Numbered from the whole stretch's first letter, positions 1-12,345 are shown. The stretch is 62,750 bases of DNA, filler included, from Sphacelaria rigidula (GCA_964200075.2; 10 parts of 10 records of this genome joined end to end with filler, not necessarily neighbours in it); one strand, 5' to 3'. Translations and numbers: made by a program. Notes: a model not told the origin generated them from the sequence alone.

Positions 1-139
1 GTCCCGATTTGTGGCCTGCCGTGGTCGTCTGTCCATCGCCCTCCCGCCGCTTTCGGGGGGGGGGGGGGGGGGGGGCTGTACTCATGGCCATGCATGCCAT
101 AGTCATACGACCATTGACCTCACATCCCTACATAGCCGG

Positions 140-355
140 GAGGGGCGGAGGGTCCCGCGAAAAAATGGGCTCCTAGGTGCTTCAGACGACCTGACACACT
201 TGCGGTGCGCTCGTATTTGGGTGAAAGCGGTGTCGAGCAGTATGAATGAGCGTTATTTATCGGAAGCAAGCATGTTCGAACAAACGTTGCTGCTATCAAC
301 AACGATTGCAAATAGAACTTCGTGGAAGAAAACGGCCAAAAATACTCCACCCCCC
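140..355. mobile_element. ~220-bp MITE-like dispersed repeat bounded by G/C runs
   Basis: A diverged reverse-complement copy lies at ~38235-38460 in another contig (cgcgaaaaaatggg...gacgacct...cgtatttggg...ggtgtc...ttcgaac...cgtgg...aaaatac). Confidence 0.65.
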
Positions 356-419
356 TATCGTAGCATGAGTCTACAGCGTCCCCATGGTTGGGGCAGGTGG
401 GGGAGGTGGGCGGGGGTGC

Positions 420-935
420 ACACATGATCTTGAAAGTCGTAGTCATATGACCATTGACTTTGCATCCCTACGAAGCCGGGGCGGAGCGCGCCGGGTTCTC
501 GCCGGGTCAGGCTCTCAACCAATTACGAAGCGCGAAGCGCCGAGCGTGTGTTCGGCGAGTCGCATGAAGAGTCGGCTGCATCCTGCTAAGATTGTTCGAC
601 CCGAGGCGTACCAAATACCTTGAGTTTGGATGACAGCCTCCAATGACTTGCTTTTCATCTTCTGGTGTCGCGACTTCCAGAGATAACCAGGGGTTACAGG
701 CAGCCAGGGATTACACTGCCTCATAGGTGTCTCACCATTTAAAAACTGAGAGATACGAGTATTCCCCTTGCTCGGAGTTCAGGTTTTCCACCCCGCACGG
801 TATGATGTAGCTCGAACACCAGCATGACCATCAAAACCAAACCGTAAACAACACGAAGAAGCGGTAACCTGGTTGCTTAGCTTACGTAGTGAGCGGCGTG
901 CTTTAGAGCGTCGTTGCCAACCGATGCCAACTCTT
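420..935. repeat. Dispersed repeat family, probably TE-derived
   Basis: The segment 'gtcatatgaccat...catccctac...agccggg' recurs at ~80-140, ~1965-2016 and ~2355-2400. The 620-930 segment recurs at ~2040-2340 and, inverted, at ~8540-8745. Confidence 0.7.
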
Positions 936-3802
936 CTCAAAGAGGGATTGGGGCAGGTAGGATTGGACCAAATTGCTGCCCGACAGTAAACTACTTTGAG
1001 GTATTGATTGTGGAGATACACCGCACCTGGGATAAATGGCCATGGTAGCGATATAAGCGGCGCGCTTATCGGTAGGTTGACCATACGTATTGACGTACTT
1101 CCCACCCCTTGGTTCCGGCAGTTTCCCCTTTCTTCTGCAGCGGGTTACGTGTCCAGTGTTCACTACCTTAGGTTACGGGGCTGCGGTTACGGTACAGAGT
1201 TACCCGGTACAGTGACATTCCGAAAACTTGTGGGCATATGACCCATGTTTCTGCGCTGTACTGTACTTGCTGGGAGGGAAGTTCGTCCGTTTCGGCTACG
1301 AATACACCCAAGGATTGTACAACTTGGCGAAGTTCTCTCTCTCTTTCTCCGTCCGCGAACGGAAGGAAGCCAGAGCACGTGCTTTGTACTCATGTTTTTA
1401 AAGCAGACCTTTGGCGCTTAATACTGGGGACCCTGGATTTTCACCATGTGGATTGTTCGCCTCGTATTCTCATAGCACCCCGGGGTAATGCTCACAAGAG
1501 CTGCGGAAGTATATAATAACCCGGGCTGATCAGAAAATGACCTGATGATAATAATAATCTCGATTTTGCGCAAAAGGAATGACAGCGGCGAATACACAAC
1601 GCTCAAGACTTGTGGCGCACGGGATCATCCCATCAACATTGTTCGGTCAAGTGATCGATCTAGCGGAAGTGGGAGATCTTGTCTATAAAGAGACAGTCGA
1701 GCTTGGGGTTCTCGCGTCCACCATGAGTCATAATCTAGTCCTTACCTGCGGTAGCGTATGGTCACCGGAAGGGCTGTGAAAGGGCTGTGAATGAAGGAAT
1801 TTCACTTCCGAATAGTGAAGAAGCAGTTTACGTGATAATCTGTAAAAGATCGGTGATGTCTGGTGGTTGCACATATATGTACGTGTAGATCTGAATGAAC
1901 TCGAGTACAACTTACCGGGATGGGGGCGCAGGCAGGGTAGGAGGTGAGGTATTGGGGGGGGGGTGCTCATGGTCATGCATGCCGTGGTCATATGACCATG
2001 GACCTCGCATCCCTACNNNNNNNNNNCTACTGATCATCTTGCATTTGGATGACAGCCTCCGATGAGTTGCTTTATTTTCTGGTATCGCCACTTCCAGAGA
2101 CAGCCACGGCCTGTACACTACCTCATGGGCGTCTCACCATTAAAACACTATGTAGTACGATCATTCATATTGTGTGGAGTTGAGTTTCTCCCACGCCGCA
2201 CAATATATAGTCTAGCTGAACTACCATCGTGGTTACCAGAAAAAAAACGCAAGTGCGCAAACAAACTCGGTAACCTGGTCGCCTCACTTACGCAGTGACT
2301 GGCGTATTTTGCAGCGTCATCGCCAATCGACGCCAACCCCATCGGGGTTCCGCCCCTACAAAGCCGGGACGGAGCACGCCGGGTTCTCGTCGGATCAGGC
2401 TATGGGGGAAGGGGGAGATAGAATGAAAAGTGATGTCAAAATTCGTTGCATCAAGGAATTACCAACTAAATAAGTCTAAGGTTAGCTTCCTTCAATGAGA
2501 GTCGTTTGTATACAGATGTATAATTGTTTCTACACAGCGAGAGCTTTGCAGCTATTCCGTTTATGTTTTTTTTAAGTTTGTTGTCCTCCGTGATTTGATC
2601 GTCCTTCTTGAGTAAATCCTATTCTGTCAACAGTTGATCGTTCCAAGGGGGTTGCTTGTTGGACCGATTGAGTGACTGGTGGGCTGGCTGATTTATTTAT
2701 TTATCTATTTGTAGGTTGATTGATTAGTCGGTTCAATGGTTGGTTGGTTGCTCGGCTGAATTCGATAAGTTGCCGCAAGGTGGACGAATAGCGGAGGTGG
2801 GACACACAGGGGCACACTCGGCACCATACAGGGGAAGATAAAGAAAAATATATAGTAAAAACAATCGGGAGGAATGCGGACAACAACATGAACAACATGT
2901 TCGTGAGATTAGGAAGTGATTTTGTTTTTCGGAATGGGATGTTGCTCACGATTTACACCAAGACGGTCGAATCATGCGAAACGATCGTCACCCCCTGAAA
3001 GCCCGTGATCTGACGGGAATTTCGGCGCAAAAAGATTTAAAATCGACTTGATCAGTGCAGTGTTATGAGAAAAAATGTGTCCAAAAAGGGTAAAAAAGGA
3101 GATTTTGCACATTTTCGGCCGTGCCTCACAGAATGCGTCACCGATTTCAAACCTAGTCGCGCCAAAATTCCCGTCAGATGACGGGTTTTCAGTGGGATGG
3201 CGGCTGTATAGGACGATTTTTGACCGTCTTGTTGTAAACCACGAAACTTCTCTTGTTGCGAAAAAAAAACAAAACCGATCAAAATCTCGCGAACATGTTG
3301 TTATATTTCGTGTTTCAGTCGAAGCGTGCTTGATGTAGCTTGAAAACCCAAGGGAACAAGTCGTATTGAGAAAACAACAGCCGCGACTTCCACGATGTCC
3401 TGGTTAACGCTTGAAAGGGAGGTCTATGGCGAAAACACGCCGTTACGTTGAGTTGGTAGTGATGGTATTGACAATGACCGGGGGCACGGGGATTCTGTAT
3501 GATTCTGGATAGTGACCGGGGACACGGGGATGGTACCCTGCAGATCTAGAAGGTTGGTGCCTTGGAAGGGCACTCCATGATAATGAAACATTGTGAAGGC
3601 TGACAGCTGAAACTGAGGCCAGTAAGACTGGGGAGTCCCTCAGGAGCGGTGATCCACCAGTTCTTCTTCTGGCTGGGCGTCACAGGTCGCACGCATCATG
3701 GGTGGTCCCAATCACCAAACCTACGATTTTTCTGAGACCTGAGTGCTTGAAAGAGAGAGGCAGCGCTCACTGCAGGCCAAGAAAGACTCGAGGCAGTTTT
3801 TT

Positions 3803-4058
3803 TCACGGGCTAGGGGTAGCGCGTACCCTGGAGTGCAAAGCTAAACACAGAGCCTAAGGATTGGTTCATACGGTACGAATCGATTGAACCAAGGCCGGCC
3901 GTGTCTTGGCACATCTTGTTTCGATCACAAAAGTGCGGTGGAAAACAAACATCCCGATCTGATGGGTTGTGATTTCAACCATCTTCGAAACACACTACGA
4001 TAATTCCGATCTGATAGTCAGTGATTTTCCGACGAATCAAAACTTGTCCGGCCCTTGA
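3803..4058. mobile_element. MITE-end family 'CAAGGGTCGGAC...GATTCGTACGGTACGAATC', diverged copy
   Basis: Homologous to 6771-6901, 31426-31553 and 59783-59913, i.e. four different contigs. Confidence 0.55.
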
Positions 4059-4419
4059 ATACTTGTCTCTTGTGTTTCCCTGCAAAATTTGTTCTCGTGT
4101 AATGGTCAGGAAAATATTGACACGCAGATCTGCACCGGTGCCACAGGAGGACGGCTATCGTTGACTTATTAAGTACTTAGAGTGGTTTTCCCTCTGCATC
4201 TTTCGCGAGCCCCAGAAAAAGAGTAACTCTGTCGCGAAGGGCTTCTGCAAAGTTTATTCAAGTTTTTTACGAGCCGCAAGAAGTGGTAACCTAGAGCACG
4301 AACGCTCTGTAAAATTCGTACGTGGCTCTTGTTCTCTTTTCTTGTGCGTGTATGTGTGTGTGTGTTTGACTCGTTCTGTACTTCGGTCTGTCCTATTTTC
4401 TATTCTGTCATGACCTCAG

Positions 4420-4539
4420 GAACGATGGGAGGAGATGGATTGGGATACCAACGGTGATATCAGCTTCGGAGAATTTGTTTATGCCTTCACGAAGTGGGTC
4501 GACCTCGAAGAGGAGGAGCCTACCCACGATAGCTACGAG
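4420..4539 (+). CDS. Exon of an EF-hand calmodulin-like protein (C-terminal EF-hand, resembles plant CML21-type proteins)
   Basis: Pyrimidine tract plus CAG acceptor at 4417-4419. Translation ERWEEMDWDTNGDISFGEFVYAFTKWVDLEEEE contains a canonical 12-residue loop, DWDTNGDISFGE. The 3' end is either a GC donor (gag|gcgagt, 4540) or read-through to the stop at 4656. Confidence 0.85.
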
Positions 4540-6185
4540 GCGAGTATTTCTCCCTTTAAGATCCCGATCCATTTCACAGAGAAATTCGCCCGGCTCAAAG
4601 TTGATCGCTGCTTCCAAAACCTCTCTGGGGAATGGTGTAAGAAAAATAGAAAATAACAGAAAGTACACACATTTTTATTGCGATATATATATATATATAG
4701 ACGTTATATCGAGACCAAAAAGCCGTACAGTACCTCAAAGAATGGTTAACGCCTGGCTTGTACGATACAGTGAACTAACGGTTCCGAGTACCATCCTATC
4801 AACCGCGCGTTTCATATATCGCAAAATACTTGCCACGCTTACGAGTACCCGGTCACGTCAATTCGGGCAGAGAGTGATGCTACGGTAGGGGTGCACAAAC
4901 ATTTTCTGGAGTCAGAATTGTTGGGAGCCCTTTATCTCATCCAATACACGACGTATGAATAATGTGAGAGTACGCCAGGATTACTTTTCCGAGGCGCTAA
5001 AGATATCCGAATGAATTTGAAGACGGGGATGCCCTGATCCATATTCTTGTGCATGTAAAAGTCTTACGGAGCCCCTGAACCATTCAAGGTTTTGCGCCAA
5101 AAGTAAAACCACCACAGTAGCATTGCTCCAGAACAGCGCGCGCGCGTGTGTAGAGGTACGGCGCCTGCGAGCACTCCCATGTCACGGTCGTCCGTTGGCG
5201 TCGTTCCTCGTTGGGCAAGCTGCCTTGCTCCTTTTTCAACGCGGTTGCTACTGCGTAGCCCGAACTCGCGCACGGGGCGGAGGACGCTGGGTGTCTTTCC
5301 GAAGGGCTTGAAATATCAGGCGTATCGCTCTCTTTTTTCAACAACTATTTGCGAATAGGAGTTGTTCGTCACGATAAAAATCCATCTTTAGGGGGGTAGG
5401 GAGTTGGGTAGTTTCTGCGCACCTACACCCTGCTTTCCTTTTTTGTTTCGGGAAACATAGTAGAGTCTGCCTGTGGTGGATGGCAGAGCAGGCTGCTTCG
5501 AATGTCCTTGGGCTGGTTGCTGCGACTCGAAGGGTCTCGCACTATGAATTTGTCAAGCTGTTCAGTTGTACGCCTCAGCAGCGTTTTTAACGGCACATGC
5601 CAGCGGACGGTTGTATGTGCCATCACTCGACGGTATCTCAGCGTACGCTGGAAAATGCGGTGACCAACATGGACTCATCCCGAGGAAGGGAAGGGGTTCG
5701 AAGTGTGAAGAAACAAAAACAAAAACACACACACATGGTGACCAACATTAGTCCTGAACGGGGTTAGCTTGATCTGGTACGAATCCTACCGCGGTCGACA
5801 CAGATGCATGTACCCAAAGCAAACAGGCGGCGAAAAAACACTTGCTACAACGGAAGCATATAGACTCGAGCAGAATATACAACGGCAAAGAGAGAGGTGG
5901 AGGGGATGGAAAATCGGATACGGACGGACGTACAGGGGGAAGACTGACGGTATGCAAGGGGCATCGTACTACTACTTCGTACTATCCATACACAACACTA
6001 TATTCGTGAGATTCAGAGGGTAGTTTTAGATTCAGCGTGGATGCTCTAGCGTTCCTAACAGGCCGCTTTTTTTCTTCATTTTTTTGCTTGAGCACACGTT
6101 TTGTGCATACAGCTACCGTACAGTACCCCATTCGAGGAATTCGGCGGTCTGGTTGGTGAGATACCGCACAAAGCATTTTTACGCC

Positions 6186-6285
6186 NNNNNNNNNNNNNNN
6201 NNNNNNNNNNNNNNNNNNNNNNNNNNNNNTTAATTAATTAANNNNNNNNNNNNNNNNNNNNNNNNNNNNNNNNNNNNNNNNNNNN
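6186..6285. other. Artificial contig-joining linker (N44-TTAATTAATTAA-N44); first of nine
   Basis: Identical 100-bp linkers start at 6186, 12471, 18756, 25041, 31326, 37611, 43896, 50181 and 56466 (spacing 6285). TTAATTAATTAA places stops in all six frames. Confidence 0.98.
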
Positions 6286-6770
6286 GCTCTCCGCACCGTC
6301 GGCTAGGCCTTTGCCCTTCATGTTTTTTTTTTTCAAAAATAATTGTGCGACTTGTTCAATTGGGGGCTAATTTGAAGCGGAAATCCCGCCGAGGCGTTAC
6401 GATTACTTGGTTTTATGATAGCGTGCAAGACCGAAAAACAAGAATTTATATTTTATGCGAATTATTATGCGAAAGCATGAAGGGCAAATGTCTATCCTCG
6501 GCAACTGTGTATTATTATTTTTTTTGTGAGAAATAAATACCCATGTATATATGTATACGTATAGTTAATGTCTGTCAACGGTTAATATCGAGAGGGTGTG
6601 AGCAGTAGCAGCAAAAAAAAAAGTTTCTGACGACAGTCGACGCGTTGCGGAGGGGAGTCCTGGTCAGGATCCAACCGCGGTACCCAAGATGGTAAGGTGT
6701 GTACTGTACCGGGGGATGGATGGATGGGTTGATCCCTTGAGAGGTTCTTTCTGAGGGAGGGAAATGATGA

Positions 6771-6901
6771 CAAGGGTCGGACGAATTAATGATTCGTCTG
6801 AAAATAACTTGATTTTAGTCTAATTGATTCGTACGGTACGAATCAACCCTCATGCTTTGTTTTCAGCGTTGCAACCCAGGTACGCGGAGCCCAGGCACGT
6901 G
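6771..6901. mobile_element. MITE-end family copy
   Basis: Starts CAAGGGTCGGACGAAT and has the near-palindromic core GATTCGTACGGTACGAATC. Reverse complement at 59783-59913 and 31426-31553. Confidence 0.7.
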
Positions 6902-7244
6902 GAACGGCGCAAACGTTGTGTGAAGACCTGTTTGACCAGCGGTCGACTTTTTTTTTGATCTCTTTCGATCAATCAGGCCTAAGAAATCGTGGATTATTTG
7001 GTGATTCGAACCGGCGATGATGCGTCCGAACCGTGAAGGATTACGAACGTGTGACGCATGGGGTTGTTCCAGGGAAAGCCGAGTCGAGTTTAGGTCGGCC
7101 ATTCCTTTCTGTGCTTCGGTTGAGTTGACTTTTTATTACTTTTTTTGTCACGACTCAGTCTGATATGTCGTTCTGTTCGACCACTCTCTTTTTTTCTGTT
7201 CCTATTTTTTCTTTTTTTCTTCGAGCGTGTTTGAGTTTCGTTTT

Positions 7245-7303
7245 TCTTGGGTACGTCTATCATGAGACCACGGCTGGACTCTGGGGGAGTCAGTTAAAGT
7301 GCG

Positions 7304-7341
<38 letters not shown>
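7245..7341 (+). mobile_element. SINE/LINE 3' end with (ATCA)n tail
   Basis: cttgggtacgtcta...ctgg..ctct.gggg.gtcagtt.aag..cgacaatcaatc, also at 47001-47062 (+) and ~44335-44410 (-). Confidence 0.75.
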
Positions 7342-7342
<1 letters not shown>

Positions 7343-7775
7343 GTTTAGGGGGTATTTTTCATCCACCGCCATAGGGGCAAGACGAGATATTTTTTACTTC
7401 AGTTTTCTTGCCGTGCTTCATGAGTGTTCGAGCCACCTGGAAAAAAAAAAAGAAGCTGTAAGTAGTCGTAAAGTATTCTGGTCTTCCTTCATCCGAAGAG
7501 AGATGAAATTAGCTCGAAGAATGAAAAAAAAAAAAAGTGAACAGAAGACGAAAATAGTGGGGAAACAAAACGAATACTGTAAGGAAAAAAACGCATCGAT
7601 CCCGTGGGTCGAACCCTCGCCCACAAACGTGAAGGTAGGCACTAGTTATGCATCAGGAGGTGCGTACCGGCCACCCAATTTCGATCCATAGCATTAAGAT
7701 TCAATCATTCTATTCCAGCCATCATCCAGAGGTCGAATTCAGCCCGCGATCCTGAGGTCGCTTCTCGTGGTCCCT

Positions 7776-7879
7776 GACCCTTAAACAGCGACACTAGGTC
7801 ATCTGTTGAATCGGCATCAGTTTCACTTGAAAAACATATGCATTATTCAGATGGACTACCCTCGCAGTCTAAGGATTAA
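7776..7879. mobile_element. ~100-bp piggyBac-like MITE (imperfect TIRs, TTAA at right end)
   Basis: Left end acccttaaacagcga compares with right-end reverse complement atccttagactgcga. The internal part recurs at ~44243-44320. Confidence 0.45.
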
Positions 7880-8351
7880 CAAAATCTCCGCCCCCAAATG
7901 CTTATTTCGGCAATTTAATGCCGATCTTCGCCAGAATACGGGGCTTCGCGGACTGCGCAATCTCGGAAAGAATTGCTGTACCCCCCGAGAGATTTCTAGC
8001 GTACTTTTTCCCGATCTTCCATACGCCCACTCTAGCTTTTCGCCAGGCAAGTGATTTTCACACAGTACAACGAAAGAACGTGATCGCGGCCTCGGCGATC
8101 GTCTCATTCCCCCTCCTAGTGCACAGTCTTACCCTTTATAGGATAGGGAGTAGGTGGGTAGTCCACGAGAGTACTGAAGCGGACCAGGGTCATGATCCAA
8201 ATCAGGGTCTGTCTCGTGGGGGGGGGGGGGGCGGGTGGGGGCAGGGGGGCTTATGCAGTCACAGTGGATTATGATCTGTGCAGGAAGCTGACTCGTGTGC
8301 GCGGGAAAAAAATGCAAAACGAAAACGGGGAGCTTCTTGTTTTTACCAAGC

Positions 8352-8430
8352 AGTAGTAGGAGTAGTAGGAGTAGTGGGAGTAGTAGGAGTAGTAGGAGTA
8401 GTAGGAGTAGTAGGAGTAGTAGGAGTAGTG
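8352..8430. repeat. (AGTAGTAGG)n 9-bp minisatellite
   Basis: About 9 tandem units seen directly. Confidence 0.95.
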
Positions 8431-8872
8431 CATGGAACGATAGCGGGAGAAAAAGACTTTCAAGATAGTATATAAAAAACACTGTAGCTGCAGAGTTGTC
8501 ATCCCTCTCCCGTGTGGGGTAAATTCTCCCCACTCCTCAGTAATTGCGACATCCATGAGGCAGTGTGTAATCCGCGGCTGTCTCCGAAAGCAGCAATACC
8601 AGAAAATGAAGCAGCTCATTCGAGGCTGTCATCCATATGCAAGATAATCGGTATGCTTCGGGCTGAACAATCTTGGCAGGATGCAGCTCACCCTTCACGC
8701 GTCTCGCCGAACACATCACGGCGCTTCGCGCCTTGTGATTGATTGCAATACAAGGAGTACAACCCCCCCCCACCCCTTCCCTCCGTGCCCTCCAGTCCTA
8801 AACCCGTCATCTCCAAATCTCCGTATCTCCAATTATCTAAATATCTTCATCTCCACATCCCCACTACGACAG

Positions 8873-9035
8873 GCTTGGATCATTCCTGGGGAAGAAGGGA
8901 AAGCAGACTTGGCGCTTCACATCGGAGCATGTGATACCCAAGACTGATAAGGAGTGTCGATTCGCGTTGGCTCGCTCCGTCGAGGAGAAGCGCATGGTCT
9001 GCACGCCCGAGTCCAAGTGCCACTGGAAGTGGAAG
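8873..9035 (+). CDS. Candidate internal exon of an unidentified host gene
   Basis: C/T-rich tract plus cag acceptor. Open frame LGSFLGKKGKQTWRFTSEHVIPKTDKECRFALARSVEEKRMVCTPESKCHWKWK, then aag|gtgatt donor. No family recognised. Confidence 0.5.
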
Positions 9036-9329
9036 GTGATTCATGTTGTTCGAGTAGCCCCAGCTATCGAACCCGTGGTGACAAGACGTGGGTTTGTCTC
9101 TCCAAAGCCGTCCCTCCTATTCCTTGCAAGAGATATAGAGTTTTCATCGTTTCTAATGAGACGCCAGACGAGCAAAATAAAACGAACACAATCACACCAA
9201 ACGAGAACAAGAAGAGAGACGTCAAAAAACAACAGAAGAGCCAATAGCTTTCCCACGAGTTTACCAGGATGGGGTGAAAAACCAACGCCTCAGATCTGCT
9301 TTTAAAGTATGCAGAAGTTATTTTATTAT

Positions 9330-9486
9330 TATTTCCGCACATTAGTCCGATCTCGCGAACCCGTGGTCACAGACGAAGGCCCAAGAAGTAAAAGGAAAAT
9401 AAAAGTATATTTCCGCACATTAGTCCGATCTCGCGAACCCGTGGTCACAGACGTAGGCCAAAGAAGTAAAAGGAAAATAAAAGTAT
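9330..9486. repeat. Near-perfect 78-bp tandem duplication with A-rich ends
   Basis: tatttccgcacattagtccgatctcgcgaacccgtggtcacagacg...gaaaataaaagta occurs twice. Confidence 0.9.
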
Positions 9487-9719
9487 AAAGTAGTCAGAAA
9501 AGACAAGGTGGAGTAAAATGGCCAGCAAGCGAGGGTTAACTCAACAGCCCTATTATGCGCACCCTCGTAGACAAATAACAAAGCTGTTCGGAAGACGGCA
9601 TATGCACTAGCGAGTGTAACTATGCTTCGGTCTACTCGTTGCGTTTCGCAGGTCCTTGATAGGCACAGGGAGAACTCCAGTGGTAACGCAGCATACGGTT
9701 CCTTAGCACGGCGTGCTTT

Positions 9720-10130
9720 TGTCCAGGCTGTATGTACAGTATATCTTGACCTCCCCTACGATTCGGTACCATTCGGAAACATCTTGGGCAACCCACGATG
9801 TTGCGGTTATTCCGAAGTTGGAGCAGTATTCCGTGACACAGTGTTGTAGTAATCTTGCTGGTCGGCCTGCCTCGGTTTTCCTCCCGACCATCACTCCACG
9901 CATGACAGGTGACCCTCAGTAGTGCCGGTTTGAACGGTTTTGTACCCTCAACAGTGCCGGTTCCGAATACACTCACGCGCGCCTTACCCCCCACCAACCA
10001 AGAACCAGTAGGGGTACAGCAGGGTACGTGCTGGTGCAGACCTTGCAACGTAGGGACACAACATGCCTTGTGCGGAAGGTGAACTGTGCCTGGTGCAGGC
10101 CACGACGCCATAAGGCCGTCATGGCCACGG
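9720..10130 (-). mobile_element. Degenerate RTE-like LINE ORF2 C-terminal fragment
   Basis: MRGVMVGRKTEAGRPARLLQHCVTEYCSNFGITATSWVAQDVSEWYRIV resembles the RTE C-terminal pattern G.R..GRP.......D...FGI....W...AQD...W. Confidence 0.55.
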
Positions 10131-12274
10131 TTGCCAGGGGACATGTGGCGGGAGGCTCCACGGTACTGACGTTTTCTATCGGGTAGCCCATAGCATCTAC
10201 GCGCGAGCCCAGCCACGGATGGAGTCGTGTCTAGTTTGCTGCATCGGTGTGTTTTTTTTTCGAGGTCGTTTGTTTCTCTCTCTCCTTGTCTCGGTAGCCG
10301 GTAGGAAGTGAAAAGGGGTGTGCTTCATTCTTTCTCGCTCACTCCTTTTGGTGGGCGGTGTACTCTTTCGTGAGCTTTTTTCCACACCAGATGCCGCACC
10401 TTCATAGTTGCGTTGGGTGCAGATGTGTCCTTGTTTCTCTTGTCGGGAAGGTCTTTCGGCATGAGCAACTTTTGTGGCCGTACTGCTGCTGTTGTGCTAG
10501 TAGAGAAGGAAATGATCAACCTGTGAACAGGATCAATCAAGTTGAATGTGAAGAACAAGAAAACATCGGGTTTAGTTCTGCTGCCCCGAAACCTCACGTG
10601 ACGTATCCTATCGAAACCCGTTGAAACGAAGGTCGTCGTCCGTTTTGTGCTTCCGTTGGTCCCACGAAGGGCAAGAGTAGCACTGCACGAATGGACGGTC
10701 GTCAGTAGTGCCAGAACTGGCACTACTGAGGTATTCAGAGCCCTCAATTGCACCTGTTTTGGCACTTTTCAGAGTAGTGCCGGGCTCTCTGAGTAGTGCC
10801 GATGTCCGTGGTGGGCACATACCGGCACTACTGAGAGCCCCCCCCCCCACTGTATCTCATGCATGAACCCCGAGCCCCCTTAACTACGTCCCTCTCTTTG
10901 TCTCTTCCGACGTACCTCGCCCCCCGCCCCCGCTCCCTCATGTCATTTTTTTTGCTGTGCTAAAACTGGCGTTGACTGACTGCCTCTGTACAAAAAGCTG
11001 GGTGACGTTCATCCTGGTCGCTCGTGCCGACTTGGGAAGGGCAAGGCCAAGGCCACGACAAGTCAGAACAGGCTCGCCGCCGACTGGTTCGGCGGGGAGC
11101 ATTCTGCACAGGATGAAGTAGAAGACGAGAGAATATACGGCGGTGCCTTTGAAGATTGATGCTTTCCTTTTTTTTTGTTTCCAGAGAGGTTGCGTTGATT
11201 TCGGGGTTTATTTTGGTTCCATCGACGATACGGTGAATGGATGCATCGAACAACACCTACAATTTTCCAGACGACAGTACCTGAAATCTACAATGCTTGG
11301 CGTGTATGTATGATGTACAGCGTACACTATCAGTTACATGTGTCTTCTTTCCCGCGCTTACGGTATTGTATTCGTTTATTTGAATATTGTTTTTCGTTTG
11401 CTAGATTTCTCAATTTGTCTTCACCCCCTACCCCCCCCCCCCTGATCGATTTCCGTGTGTGGGCTCTTTTTTGTTTGTCAACATCATGCTCGTACTAAGG
11501 TATCGCCTATCGTAGTGTCAAATATGTCGAATCTCTGACGTATTCCAGTGCGTCTTGGCTGTTGCTACTCAGGGCGTGTTCGGGGGTCAAACGCATCAGT
11601 GTCTGGAGGGTATGACTTAACAATTACAAGAGATTTAAAGGATGCAAAATGAAACTTTCCCTCCTGGGTATCCAGTGCAAGGCAGGGACACGTGTCTGAA
11701 TATGTATCGGGAGTAGCGGGGATCGCTTTGGAGATTACAACGCCAACATGCCCTTTGTGACTTGCGTTCACAGGATCGCGCCCGCGTGACCCGCCCTCCG
11801 TCCGCGTGGGCGCAGATACTCTGAACACCTGCGCGCCCCATGTTGCGTGCTAGAGCCAATTCTATACTTTGTGTGTACGTCTAGCATGTGGTGTCTTGGC
11901 TCTGCCGCGCCTTTTGGTGGTGTGTATGTATGTGTGCCATCCGGTGTTCTTGCGGGAAGGAGAGCGGAGCGCATGCGAATGTGGTACTCACATTTCAGGG
12001 TGCCATCGTACCGCGTCGACTGCTGGATTTGTTCTCTACTTTGACTTGATGCTGCGTGTACCCGAGTGGGCCCAAGGGGTCGGGGGTGGGGAGTGTTCGA
12101 CCGGATGTTCTTTTTTCTGACAGACGGGAGGAAGAGGTGGGCGCAGTGGTATGTGTGATCAAAGGTCACTTCCCCCAAAGTTTCGACGTCGGGGCCGCAG
12201 GCGACTCATTTGTTGCGCGAGGAGTTCCGGCCAATTTGGTTTAGTTCGCCTATTTCTTCAACCGTCGGCCGGTA

Positions 12275-12345
12275 CGCCCCGGTGATGTAGTGGTACACGT
12301 AACACCATGAGGACGGAAAAAAACCGGGGATCGATTCCCAACTGA
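12275..12345 (+). mobile_element. tRNA-derived SINE head
   Basis: cgccccggtgatgtagtggta (A-box) ... ggatcgattccc (B-box), homologous to the head at 50996. Confidence 0.6.

Noticed and set aside
940..1900. Possible retroelement coding remnant on the minus strand
   Set aside because: Frames are broken and no diagnostic RT or endonuclease motif could be identified.
6230..6241. TTAATTAATTAA palindrome recurring every 6285 bp as a biological periodic signal
   Set aside because: It is embedded in N runs and is an assembly linker.
8129..8619. Poly-Leu/Tyr/Val ORFs (similar ones at 12519-13041, 25344-25781, 49998-50228)
   Set aside because: Translations of microsatellites or N runs.
10401..12238. 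Three exon-like segments (10401-10520 minus; ~10998-11120 plus; 12124-12238 plus)
   Set aside because: Splice-like signals exist, but strands conflict, frames are ambiguous and no protein family is recognisable.
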